A DNA stretch of 64,000 nucleotides. Origin: a bacterium. GTDB taxonomy: Bacteria > Cyanobacteriota > Vampirovibrionia > Gastranaerophilales > JBAXKC01. The stretch covers positions 1 to 64,000 of the forward strand of contig JBAXKC010000009.1 of assembly GCA_037137535.1 (NCBI GenBank), given 5' to 3'. Below are positions 50,699-60,588 of the stretch, piece by piece (the first letter of the stretch is position 1; every line of letters begins with the position of its first letter). The translations under genes and the position numbers were made by a program. The notes beneath the pieces are model-generated. The model made no database searches. It was not told the origin of the DNA and worked only from the letters and a program-made list of their open reading frames with translations.

Positions 50699-52276
50699 TT
50701 ATTTATTTGCAGTTACGGCTTCTTCAGCAATTTTTTGCATAGCTGAAAGGTCTTTTCCGCATGAACATCCGCCATGGCTTTCACATCCGCCATGAACTCC
50801 ACCTTGCGGTACTTTACTGCTGCAAAGAATTTGTCTGTCATGATAATATTCGCCAGGTAATGGGAACAGTGTCATATAATAATCTTTTTGCCAATTATCG
50901 TCCATTAATTCTTTAACTTCTGCGGCATATTCGTCAATTTTTTCCATAATATCAGGTTTTGTTAAATAATCTGCCGCACCTTCATGGGTTTCATAAGGCT
51001 TAAATTTTTCGTAGTAGCCTCTTAATACCCAAGGTCTGTCAACAATCATACAAGGTCTAAGCATATTACCGTCATAAGGGGCACCTTTTCTTACAGCTTC
51101 CATAAACGGAGCAGCAAGAGCTTCTGTAAGGGTAGAGGTTTTAATATTGTGAGTAGCAAGGTGAACAAAGGTACAAGGCTCAACGTCACCTTTAGCATTA
51201 ACGTGAATATATTGTCTTCCACCAGCAATACAACCCATCATTTCAGGACCATCGCCCCAGAAATCAACGGTCATCATAGGAAGCGTATTTCTGGCATTAT
51301 ATACAGCCTGTTTAATATGCTCTCTTTGTTGCGCTGTAGGCATTAAAGTAGGATCAGGATCTTGTCCGACAGGGACATAATGGAAGACCCACGTCCATAA
51401 TGAACCTTTGTCAGATAACATTTTCATAAACTCATCGGATACAACTTCTTCAGCATTATCTTTAGTTGCACAAAGGCTTGCACCAAAGAAAACGCCTGCT
51501 TCTTTAAGTTTATCCATTTTTTCCATAACTTTATCAAAAGCACCTTCGCCTCTTACAGCATCAGTAGCGTCTTTTAATCCACTTAAACTAAACATTGGAG
51601 CAATATTGCCCATTTTTTTAATTCTTGCAATTGTAGAATCTGTTAATAAAGAACCATTTGTAAATACTAAGAAAATACAATCCGGATATTGTTCGCAAAG
51701 ATCAAGAAAATCTTTTCTGATAAACGGCTCACCACCAACAACAGGCATAATGTGCATACCCATTTCGTCTCTAGCTTCATCAAAAACTCTTTTCCATGTT
51801 TCTATAGGCAGATCTTCTTTTTGCTCATAGTTATCAGCCCAACAGCCTGCACATTTGTAATTACAGTTTTGTGTGATGCTTGATAATAAAACAGTAGGTG
51901 GATAAAATCCGTGTTTTTCTACGAAAGATGCTCTTTTTCTCTGATTATCGGCATAATAGCCATGAAAGAAAAAGTTAATTAAAAATTTATTTCTGCAATT
52001 CGGGTCAAGGTCATTAATAACCTTTTGCCACCAGGCTAAATGCGGATGATCTGTTTCAAAAAGCCATCTCATTCTTTTTGCATGGCGAACTGATCCTTCA
52101 GAGCCTGCAACCATTTCAAACAGCTTAGTTAATAGTATTAAATTATTTTTACTTGAAGTTCCAATTAAATTGATTGCTTGCCCGAGAACAAATTCTTGTC
52201 CTTTAAGCTTAAGCTGGTCAATATAACCTTTACCGCTTCTCTTCTTCCACATAATATCCTGGGGTAAAACTCTCAT
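50699..52276 (-). CDS. Radical SAM protein with SPASM/twitch-like domain
   Basis: CNYKCAGC, GGEPF, FTNG, GCIAGGRQYIHVNAKGDVEPC, RPC; AAGGAG RBS. Confidence 0.9.
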   Translation of the reverse strand: MRVLPQDIMWKKRSGKGYIDQLKLKGQEFVLGQAINLIGTSSKNNLILLTKLFEMVAGSEGSVRHAKRMRWLFETDHPHLAWWQKVINDLDPNCRNKFLINFFFHGYYADNQRKRASFVEKHGFYPPTVLLSSITQNCNYKCAGCWADNYEQKEDLPIETWKRVFDEARDEMGMHIMPVVGGEPFIRKDFLDLCEQYPDCIFLVFTNGSLLTDSTIARIKKMGNIAPMFSLSGLKDATDAVRGEGAFDKVMEKMDKLKEAGVFFGASLCATKDNAEEVVSDEFMKMLSDKGSLWTWVFHYVPVGQDPDPTLMPTAQQREHIKQAVYNARNTLPMMTVDFWGDGPEMMGCIAGGRQYIHVNAKGDVEPCTFVHLATHNIKTSTLTEALAAPFMEAVRKGAPYDGNMLRPCMIVDRPWVLRGYYEKFKPYETHEGAADYLTKPDIMEKIDEYAAEVKELMDDNWQKDYYMTLFPLPGEYYHDRQILCSSKVPQGGVHGGCESHGGCSCGKDLSAMQKIAEEAVTANK

Positions 52277-52630
52277 TATTTTCTCCTTTGAGATTTTGTC
52301 AAGTCTTATGACTTAAATTGCAATTATTACATATCATATTTCTTACATAAAAAAACATGAAAATACAGAGAAATGCTTAAAAACCGGCAAATTGTAAACT
52401 AATGTAAAATAAACACTTGTTTCACGATATTGCTAATTATCAAGCACTTTAGTAGATAGAGCTTTATTCTTATTTAAAATGATTATAAATAGCAAGTCTT
52501 TACCGATAACAGAAGTCTTTAAGCATAAATAATTGTATTTTAGCTATATACTGTACAATAATGATTGTTAATTTATTTATCATGCTTATTTATTCTTACA
52601 AATACGAATGATAAGAAAATAATTTAGGAC

Positions 52631-52668
52631 AAAAAAATCCTGATAAAATATATTTATCAGGATTTTTT
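52631..52668 (-). terminator. Terminator after the hemerythrin gene
   Basis: aaaaaatcctgataaa ... tttatcaggatttttt. Confidence 0.75.
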
Positions 52669-52685
52669 ATTAATTTAAACTGAAT

Positions 52686-53090
52686 TTAAAGTTTATCTTT
52701 AAGGAAAGCTCCAAGTTCTTTATCAACTTTAGAAACATGTGTTACTAACCATGTAGCAATGATTTGGTTTACCTGAATAATATATTTAATATTTATTCCT
52801 TCAGCTTCAATTTTATTTTTAACATCAACAAACTGAGCAATGAAAGCTTCATGTTTTGCTTTATGCTCCGTATATTTAGGATAATTGTATTTTTGCTGAA
52901 GAGCTTCTTCTTGTGAAAAATGGTCAATTACATAATTGCCTAAGAAGTCGATCATATCTTTAATTACTTCTTTACTTTGTCCTGTATTTGAAGCTTCAGA
53001 AAGTTTGTTAACCATGTCAAACAGCTCTTTATGCTGATCGTCAATTGTACCTACACCAACTAATAAATCATCTTTCCACTTTAAAAGCAT
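52686..53090 (-). CDS. Bacteriohemerythrin
   Basis: W..DLLVGV..IDDQHKEL, HFSQEE, HKAKH, WLVTHVSKVD. Confidence 0.92.
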   Translation of the reverse strand: MLLKWKDDLLVGVGTIDDQHKELFDMVNKLSEASNTGQSKEVIKDMIDFLGNYVIDHFSQEEALQQKYNYPKYTEHKAKHEAFIAQFVDVKNKIEAEGINIKYIIQVNQIIATWLVTHVSKVDKELGAFLKDKL

Positions 53091-53134
53091 TCTTTTCTCC
53101 TTTTTGCAAATTTACAAAAGCTATACTACCTAAA

Positions 53135-54940
53135 CTACATCATAAACGACCCTTGCAATAATTTAAGCATTATTGCCATATTCGCAAGATTTTGAGCATT
53201 TTCGTTTACGTTTTGCATTCCATCCATATGTTCAGAGCAAATACTTGATATTTCTTCCGCTTGAGCGGCTATTTCCTCTACAATGGCCATGTTGCTATCC
53301 ATTTGATCTACGATACTATTTGAATTAGTCGATACTTCTTTTATTTCTTGACTCATAAATTGAAACTGCAAACTTATAGTTGATGAAGAGTCAAGAATCT
53401 CTTTCAAAATAGATTCAATATCTTTTATGACAAAAACTCCTTCTTTTACCATTGAAAGACTCTCTTGCATCTCTAAGTTGGCAGAGTTTGCATGATTCTG
53501 AATAGACTTAATCATATCTGTAATTTCATTACTGGCGCTAGAGGATTGATCAGCCAGCTTTTTAACTTCTTGAGCAACAACAGAAAAACCTTTGCCGAAT
53601 TTACCCGCTCTTGCTGCTTCAATAGAAGCATTTAAGGCTAACAGATTAGTTTGAGTTGCTATAGCTTTAATAATTCCGGTTATTTTCTGAATACTTGTGC
53701 TTATATCATTCAACTGCTGAATATTTTTGGTAGTGACTGTAACTGCTGATTCTATTTTATTAATAGCAGCAACTGCAATATTAGATTGATTACTACCACT
53801 TCCTGACAAGGTTTCCATTTTTTTAGCCATTTCAACTATAGATTGAGAAGTTTCATATAAATTTTCAATAGTTTGATTAAGCTTATTTACCGTTTCAAAA
53901 GACTGAGTAATATTATAGGCTTGTTCAGTAGCTCCTTGAGCCAGTTGAGCTGTACTTTCCGCAGTTTGTTCAGCCCCCTGAAGACTTTGATCGGCAAGCT
54001 CTGTAAGATTTTCAGAACAAGTTCCAATCTCATCAGCAGATTCAATAAACTGTCCTATTAATTCTCTAAGATTCATTACAGTTTTACGATAAGATACCGT
54101 AAGAACATTCGTTTCGTCTTCTGAATTAACTTCTTCTTCCTCAGGAAGGATAAAACAACCTTCGGATAATTCATTCAAATGGTCATTTACTTTTGATATA
54201 GGACTAACTATCCTTTCAGCAAGTTTTGTCGAATAAATAAAAGCAGCTGTAATTGCACCTATAACTAAAAGTATAACAATCGGCATAAATATATGAAAAA
54301 TAATATTCGAAAAAACAAAACTAAATCGTTCTTTTTTTATGTTATGTTTATTGATTTGGTCCAACAGATTAATTTTTTTTGAGCTTAATGGAACTAACTC
54401 TTTGAAATAAATTGCTTCCGCTTTATCAAATTCAGATTGTTTTACTAAGTCTATTATCTGAGATTCTTTTTCAGTCAAGACCATTTCTATTTCTGACAAA
54501 GCACTTGTTTTAATTTTTTCATATTTATCAAGCTTAATATTTTGGAAATAAGTATCAACGTTTAAATTTTGATTATTTAAGTTTTTTATTTCTTTAGAAA
54601 GATACTTATTATTATCTTTGGATAATTTAATTAATACTATTAAATCATTAATGGTTTTTTGTTCAATACACCTTGCATCATTAATTTTTAATTCTATTGC
54701 AGAATAATCTTTATAAAAAGCCTCCATTCCTTCATGGCTGCCTATTGTAGTTAATATACAAATAAAGCTAACTGCAACTAAAGTTACTATTAAGGCACCA
54801 GATAATAAGTAAATCTTACCTTTTATTGTACGTTTTAACTCATTGATTAGTGGCAATACATCTTTGTGTGAAAAATTTCTAACTAAAGATATTTTTTCAC
54901 GAAGAAGGTTAAACAACTTCGTGACATCTTTAAAGTTCAT
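53135..54940 (-). CDS. Methyl-accepting chemotaxis protein
   Basis: Two TM helices, HAMP-like region, [33 protein letters not shown]. Confidence 0.93.
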   Translation of the reverse strand: MNFKDVTKLFNLLREKISLVRNFSHKDVLPLINELKRTIKGKIYLLSGALIVTLVAVSFICILTTIGSHEGMEAFYKDYSAIELKINDARCIEQKTINDLIVLIKLSKDNNKYLSKEIKNLNNQNLNVDTYFQNIKLDKYEKIKTSALSEIEMVLTEKESQIIDLVKQSEFDKAEAIYFKELVPLSSKKINLLDQINKHNIKKERFSFVFSNIIFHIFMPIVILLVIGAITAAFIYSTKLAERIVSPISKVNDHLNELSEGCFILPEEEEVNSEDETNVLTVSYRKTVMNLRELIGQFIESADEIGTCSENLTELADQSLQGAEQTAESTAQLAQGATEQAYNITQSFETVNKLNQTIENLYETSQSIVEMAKKMETLSGSGSNQSNIAVAAINKIESAVTVTTKNIQQLNDISTSIQKITGIIKAIATQTNLLALNASIEAARAGKFGKGFSVVAQEVKKLADQSSSASNEITDMIKSIQNHANSANLEMQESLSMVKEGVFVIKDIESILKEILDSSSTISLQFQFMSQEIKEVSTNSNSIVDQMDSNMAIVEEIAAQAEEISSICSEHMDGMQNVNENAQNLANMAIMLKLLQGSFMM

Positions 54941-55183
54941 TTTTACCCACTTTCATTAATTCAAACATCCTAAATACCGCTATTCATAATAACAGTCCAA
55001 ACTATTTAACCTCTTGAAACTTTTAAGCTATTCCTCCATTAAACTCACCTAAGTTAGTATTGTTTGTAATTGTATCAGATTAATTAGACTATTACAATAG
55101 CTTACAACATAGAATTTCAAATAAGAGCTAACTTTATAAATTCAATTACATTTTATCTTATATTTCAGATAATGTAAATTTGT

Positions 55184-55720
55184 TTATTTTAGAATACTAT
55201 ATTTACACCCACAATAAGATTGCCTATATAAGTTATTCTCTTTGGAGATAATAAGGCTTTTTTTAAACCCCTCCTGCTTTTTAAAATTTTCTTCTATAAA
55301 CGCAATATCATGTTTTTTTGCAAATTCTGAGCCTATTTCATTTATTATTCTTGAGTTTTTATGAGGGCTTACGGTTAGAACTGTCGTAAAGGCATCAAAT
55401 CCGTTACTTTTGGCAAAAATAGCTGCTAGCTCCAGCCTTATCTTAAAGCAGAGAGTACACCTTTCTCCTCCCTCTTTTTCATTTTTTAAACTTAATGTTA
55501 AATCTTCCCATTCTAAAAAATTTGCATCTTGAATATAATAATCTATGTCATTTTTATTCATATATTCTTTAAATTCATTAAGTCTACGATTATATTCTTC
55601 AACAGGAAAAATATTGGGATTATAAAAGTATCCCTTAACTAAAAAGCCCTCATCAGAGAGCTTTTTATATGGATATGTAGAGCATGGAGCGCAACAAGAA
55701 TGAACAAGTATCTTTTTCAT
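55184..55720 (-). CDS. queH: Epoxyqueuosine reductase QueH (DUF208)
   Basis: HSCCAPCS, YNPNI, RCTLC, SPHK, YRQSYCGCKYS. Confidence 0.9.
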   Translation of the reverse strand: MKKILVHSCCAPCSTYPYKKLSDEGFLVKGYFYNPNIFPVEEYNRRLNEFKEYMNKNDIDYYIQDANFLEWEDLTLSLKNEKEGGERCTLCFKIRLELAAIFAKSNGFDAFTTVLTVSPHKNSRIINEIGSEFAKKHDIAFIEENFKKQEGFKKSLIISKENNLYRQSYCGCKYSILK

Positions 55721-56841
55721 TAATTTGTAGCCTCTTTTATACTCTGAATTAAATCTTGGTAAGACTCAACTCCTTCATACTTATGTATTCCTATAAAGTA
55801 AGTAGGAGTTCCTGTAACACCGAGCTTATGAGCTCTTTCAACATCAACGCTTATTTCTTTCTTAAATTGAGGTGATTTAATATCAACATTTAACTTGTTC
55901 ATATCAACACCTATATCTTTCGCCATTTTAGCAAGATTTTTTTCCTCTAAATGATCTTGATTCAAGAAAAGCATTGTGGAATATTGCTTAAACTTACCTT
56001 GTTTTTGAACAGCTTTAGCGTACATAACAGCATTACAACTGTTTTTATGAAAACTTTCCTTTATGTATTTATTACAAGTTTTATTAAGTGGAAAATCATG
56101 GTGATTAATTTTTATGGTTGGATAATTTTGCTCAAGCTGTAAGAAATAAAATTGCGCCAATTGACAATAAGGGCATTGATAATCTGTATATACGTCTATT
56201 GTTACAGGTCTTGTTAATTTCAATGATTTTGCATTATTTGAACTTATTTTATCAGCTTTCACAAAAAGCCCTGATGCGTTAGCATAAGTAATAAACGAAG
56301 CAATAATTACCGTTAAAGTTATTGTGAAAATAATTTTATGTTTTGTAGAAAATAGTTTTTTCATATCGTTAAAGCAATTCCTTACATGATCGATAACTCC
56401 GAGATTAGTTTTACTTAAAAAGAAAATCATAAAATTAAGCAAATAAGTAAAAGAGCAAAGCACACACAATGCGTGAATTTGGAAAAGGCTAACACAACCT
56501 AAATACAAAGAAGATAATACCGCTAATATAGAAGCACCAAAGATATAACTTTTATGGTTATTAAATTCTTTTAAAAAATTAATTTTGGGTAATATTTGCT
56601 CAATAAAGAGAACAAACATGTAAAATGCCAGTCCATAAACAGATAATGGCAGTCCAAATAATACTGAAAAACTGCTTTTTTCTACTTTATCACAGTTAAT
56701 ATAACTATTTACCGTACAAAAACTACTTCCCACATTCGTTAGAAAGTTAGCACGATAATACAAATATGTAAGTACAAGTGTAGTTAATATCCCTAAAACA
56801 GCAATAATAGTAAGAATATTTTTTTTAATGAAAGCTCTCAT
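55720..56841 (-). CDS. VKOR-DsbA fusion (membrane disulfide-bond formation)
   Basis: CTVNSYINC..S, CVLC in the TM domain; DYQCPYC and GTPT in the thioredoxin domain. Confidence 0.88.
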   Translation of the reverse strand: MRAFIKKNILTIIAVLGILTTLVLTYLYYRANFLTNVGSSFCTVNSYINCDKVEKSSFSVLFGLPLSVYGLAFYMFVLFIEQILPKINFLKEFNNHKSYIFGASILAVLSSLYLGCVSLFQIHALCVLCSFTYLLNFMIFFLSKTNLGVIDHVRNCFNDMKKLFSTKHKIIFTITLTVIIASFITYANASGLFVKADKISSNNAKSLKLTRPVTIDVYTDYQCPYCQLAQFYFLQLEQNYPTIKINHHDFPLNKTCNKYIKESFHKNSCNAVMYAKAVQKQGKFKQYSTMLFLNQDHLEEKNLAKMAKDIGVDMNKLNVDIKSPQFKKEISVDVERAHKLGVTGTPTYFIGIHKYEGVESYQDLIQSIKEATN

Positions 56842-56920
56842 AAAGATTACCCCTGCAAGCCTAACAGCTGTAATTTACAATAATATAATACCACAGGTCG
56901 TGTCATCAGATTAAGTAACA

Positions 56921-56956
56921 AATAAAAAGTATCTTATTTACAAGATACTTTTTATA
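56921..56956 (-). terminator. clpP terminator
   Basis: ataaaaagtatctt ... aagatactttttat. Confidence 0.7.
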
Positions 56957-56976
56957 AAGAAATTATACTTTTATAA

Positions 56977-57600
56977 TTAATCGTTTGATGTTGGAACGGA
57001 AGGAGCTTTTTCAACAACTTTATCAATTAATCCATAGTCTTTTGCATCATAAGCTGACATAAAGAAATCTCTTTCAGTATCTGCTGCAACTTTTTCGTAG
57101 CTTTGTCCTGTATGTTTTGACATTAATTCATTTAAAGTCTTTTTCATTCTGCCGATTTCTTGAGCTTCAATTTGAATATCGGTAGCTTGTCCTCTAGCAC
57201 CACCTGATGGTTGGTGAATCATAATTCTTGAATGAGGAAGAGCCATACGCTTACCGGGAGTACCTGCTGATAAAAGGAAAGCACCCATACTTGCCGCCTG
57301 ACCAAGACAAATTGTTAAAACATCAGCCTGAATTAGATTCATTGTATCAAAAATAGCTAATCCGGCAGTAATTACGCCCCCAGGGCTATTAATATACATC
57401 ATAATATCTTTTTCAGAATTTTCAGAATCAAGCACTAAAAGTTGAGCAACGATTGCATTTGCCATATCGTCCTCTACTTCAGTACCTAAATATATAATTC
57501 TTTCTCTTAGTAATCTTGAAAAGATATCAAAGGATTTTTCTCCTCTGCTTGAACTTTCAATAACTGTAGGAACGTAACTTAATATTTTTTGAACATCCAT
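56977..57600 (-). CDS. clpP: ATP-dependent Clp protease proteolytic subunit
   Basis: [38 protein letters not shown]; start at ATG 57600. Confidence 0.96.
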   Translation of the reverse strand: MDVQKILSYVPTVIESSSRGEKSFDIFSRLLRERIIYLGTEVEDDMANAIVAQLLVLDSENSEKDIMMYINSPGGVITAGLAIFDTMNLIQADVLTICLGQAASMGAFLLSAGTPGKRMALPHSRIMIHQPSGGARGQATDIQIEAQEIGRMKKTLNELMSKHTGQSYEKVAADTERDFFMSAYDAKDYGLIDKVVEKAPSVPTSND

Positions 57601-57722
57601 TTTTTCAGCCCTTTGACTTTTGTCATAACGCACAATTAGTTTAGCACAAAATTATATTTATGGTGGATGTTAAATATCATAAAAAATTATATAAATTTAT
57701 TTATAGGCTGGGAGTATAAATA

Positions 57723-58286
57723 ATGATAACTAAAGCAATTGAATTTGCAGCGATTGCACATAACGGACAATATCGAAAAGGCACAAATATTCCATATATA
57801 GTCCATCCTATGACTGTAATGTACTATTTAATGGACAATTGTTGTTGTGAAAAACAATTAACCGCAGCTATTTTACATGATGTTTTAGAAGATACAATCT
57901 CAACAAGTAAAGAGATAGAAAAAGAATTTGGTACAGAGATTTTAGAGATGGTGACTTATCTCACCGAGCCGAATAAATCAAAAAGCTGGAAAGAAAGAAA
58001 AGAACACACAATTAATGTAATAAAGAATGAAATGCCCTTAAACGTTCTCTACGTTTCTTGTGCGGATAAACTACATAATTTACGTTGTTTTCATGAAAAT
58101 TATTTAAAAATCGGTGAAAAATTATGGTCAAATTTTGCAGCACCGAAAGAAGAACAAAAATGGTATTATAAATCATTGGCTGATGCATTTATACACAGAG
58201 CAAAAGGACTTGATAACAAAAAATTATTTGAAGACTTTAACGAAGAAGTAAATGTTTTTTTTAATAGTATTGTTAAATTTGATTAA
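57723..58286 (+). CDS. HD-domain (p)ppGpp hydrolase-like protein (small alarmone hydrolase / Mesh1-like)
   Basis: AHNGQYRKG..PYIVHP, LHDVLEDT, ADKLHNL. Confidence 0.82.
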   Translation: MITKAIEFAAIAHNGQYRKGTNIPYIVHPMTVMYYLMDNCCCEKQLTAAILHDVLEDTISTSKEIEKEFGTEILEMVTYLTEPNKSKSWKERKEHTINVIKNEMPLNVLYVSCADKLHNLRCFHENYLKIGEKLWSNFAAPKEEQKWYYKSLADAFIHRAKGLDNKKLFEDFNEEVNVFFNSIVKFD

Positions 58287-58430
58287 AATATTGTAAACAG
58301 TTATTAATTGGGGTTATATACTGTTTTTACATGCTTTTACGCTCTTATACTGAACAAATAAATAGGCAGGCTCTTTACATATTGAACATATGAATATATT
58401 ATACTATTGTCTATTAGTCTATCGAGAACC

Positions 58431-58847
58431 ATGAGTATGTTAAATACAGACGGTCATAAAAAAATACTTATTATCGAAGATGATCTTGATAATCAAGAGC
58501 TTTTAAAAGAAGTTATCGATTATTGCTTGCCCGGTTGTACTTATGCTACAGTCAATGATGGTGAAGAAGCTGTTAATGTTGCAGGTTCTTTAGATTTTGA
58601 CATGGTATTTATGGATATGGCGTTGCCAAGAAAAAACGGTTTTGAAATAACCGATATTTTAAGAAAAACTCAGGATTATAAAGACACACCTATCGTTGCC
58701 TTAACAGGACAGGTAATGAAAGGAATGAAAGAAAAAGTTTTAACTTCGGGCTTTGACGAGTATTTACCTAAACCATGCCGTCCGAATGACATAATAAATG
58801 TTCTAAAAAAATACATAAATCAAAAAGCAAAAATTCTTATAAAATAA
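58431..58847 (+). CDS. Single-domain response regulator (DivK-like)
   Basis: IIEDD, FMDMALP, ALTG, YLPKP; exact start uncertain. Confidence 0.88.
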   Translation: MSMLNTDGHKKILIIEDDLDNQELLKEVIDYCLPGCTYATVNDGEEAVNVAGSLDFDMVFMDMALPRKNGFEITDILRKTQDYKDTPIVALTGQVMKGMKEKVLTSGFDEYLPKPCRPNDIINVLKKYINQKAKILIK

Positions 58848-58904
58848 ATATATGGGAGGAGTCAGGGATACTGACCGGAGTTTTTAAAACTCATATTGAA
58901 TTTT

Positions 58905-58940
58905 ACACTATCAGCAATTTTTGCAGGTAGTGTCTTTTTG
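58905..58940 (+). terminator. Terminator hairpin
   Basis: acactatcagcaa-ttt-ttgcaggtagtgt then a T-run. Confidence 0.65.
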
Positions 58941-59019
58941 TAAAGTTGTTATCATTTGGCAAATAAGATATAAATTATTAATATTGATATAATAATTAGT
59001 TTACAATAAGGAGAAACGG

Positions 59020-59277
59020 ATGAATCCATATCAAGCACAAATCCAGACAAGAAAACCGCTTTTAATCTTTTTAAAACACGTTGGACCTCCTGTTGTTTTG
59101 TATATAGAAGATGTTGAAACTGCTTATAATGAAGTTAAAAAAATAATCACTACAGCTAATCCGCAAGCTCCTAAATTAATAGAAAAAATTGGAAATGGTC
59201 CTTTGAAAAAAGTAGCCATTCTTGATACGCAGATTGCAGGAGTTGCAATTCAAGAAGAAAATTTTGTCGGGCAGTAA
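59020..59277 (+). CDS. Hypothetical protein, possibly UPF0367-like (cyanobacterial family)
   Basis: LKH..P, A..AY.E, KKVAIL..QIAGV pattern resembles UPF0367 from memory; not verified. Confidence 0.5.
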   Translation: MNPYQAQIQTRKPLLIFLKHVGPPVVLYIEDVETAYNEVKKIITTANPQAPKLIEKIGNGPLKKVAILDTQIAGVAIQEENFVGQ

Positions 59278-59284
59278 GTTAATA

Positions 59285-59932
59285 ATGAAGAAATTTATAA
59301 TTACATTTATTATTTTAATGGCTTTATCTTTTACTAGCAGATGCTTTGCGGCAGAAAAAACTATTGAAAAAGAATATAAAAACGGTATTTTATCTATTCA
59401 TATTAATCAACTTCGCCCTGATGGAGTTGATGAAAAAAAATATGAAGCCTATAAAATATTAAAACCGTATTTAAACAATAAATTACTTAAAGCCGCTGTA
59501 ATTTGGAGAGAAGACGAATTATCCTACGGTGTAGAGGTTTCAATTTCACATTCTTATATTTCTCAAAAGTTAAAAAGAAGAATAACTACTGAAAAGTTTA
59601 TTGATAAATTCCAAATTAATTTCATAGAGCCTGATCATACTATTATCCCTAATAACTTAGTCGAAGTTTCTTCTGAAGAAGTTCGTCAATCAAAACGTTT
59701 AAGAGAAAATGCCGATGTGTTCAGACATCATCAAGACTACGAAGCAGCATTAAGAACTTATTTACAGGCTCTCGAACATTATCCTTCCGACTGCGTTTCC
59801 TTGTATAGAATAGCAGAGATTTATCAATTTTATGGACAACTGGATACAAGTGAAGCATATTGTAAAAAAATTGAACAAATTAATCCAAATTTTGCTAATT
59901 GGACAAGAAATAAACTGAAATCATCAAATTAA
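59285..59932 (+). CDS. Secreted protein with C-terminal TPR
   Basis: Signal peptide MKKFII..CFA; TPR pair at the C-terminus. Confidence 0.75.
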   Translation: MKKFIITFIILMALSFTSRCFAAEKTIEKEYKNGILSIHINQLRPDGVDEKKYEAYKILKPYLNNKLLKAAVIWREDELSYGVEVSISHSYISQKLKRRITTEKFIDKFQINFIEPDHTIIPNNLVEVSSEEVRQSKRLRENADVFRHHQDYEAALRTYLQALEHYPSDCVSLYRIAEIYQFYGQLDTSEAYCKKIEQINPNFANWTRNKLKSSN

Positions 59933-60019
59933 AGTTATATCTCCTCACGAATGAACATTGTGATTACAAAATCCATTGGCTGACTTTTTATTTTTTTTAC
60001 AAAATGGGATTTCTTTAAT

Positions 60020-60160
60020 TAACTTTAGTCGCAAAATAATCAAAAGTCTTATTATTAAGTTTTAAATTATTAAAAATATATAGAAATGCAAAAGAGGCTA
60101 CGCCTCTTTTGCCGCTGATGGGTGGCTGCGAGCAGGGTTTTTGATAATTTAAATTAGCGA
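60020..60160 (+). repeat. ~140-bp structured dispersed repeat, copy 2
   Basis: Matches the reverse complement of 18399-18539; perfect hairpin gcaaaagaggc-tac-gcctcttttgc. Confidence 0.85.
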
Positions 60161-60329
60161 TTCAATTTAACTATCTATATTCACGAATAACTTTAACCGA
60201 CTAACTTAAACAACACGACTAATGTTAACCAATATGGATAATGATAATATCACTTTTTGTAAGATTAAATAATACAATCTGTTATTAATCTTGATTATTA
60301 TTGATTAAATCTATATTAAGGGGAATTTT

Positions 60330-60527
60330 ATGAACGAATTAAGAGCAAGTGTAAACAAAAATGCATGTATAGGTTGTGGACTTTGTGCTGAAATATGCCC
60401 GTCTGTTTTCTCAATGACTCCACAGGGACTAGCTGAAACAACAGCTTCTATAGTTGATCCATCAATGGGACAAGCAGTTAGAGAAGCGGCTCACTCTTGT
60501 CCGACAAATGCAATTTCAGTTTTCTAA
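60330..60527 (+). CDS. Single-cluster ferredoxin
   Basis: CIGCGLCAEICP and CPTNAI. Confidence 0.9.
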   Translation: MNELRASVNKNACIGCGLCAEICPSVFSMTPQGLAETTASIVDPSMGQAVREAAHSCPTNAISVF

Positions 60528-60551
60528 GAAAAAATAAAATTTTTAAAAGGG

Positions 60552-60588
60552 AAGGCTATGCGTGAATTTTACATGTATAGCCTTTTTT
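60552..60588. terminator. Terminator between ferredoxin and the TPR gene
   Basis: aaggctatgcgtg ... catgtatagcctt plus T-run. Confidence 0.7.

Noticed and set aside
52483-52509. ACCGATAA as a third sigma-28 promoter
   Set aside because: Nearest TAAA is at a 12-nt spacing and no plus-strand gene or clear RNA follows
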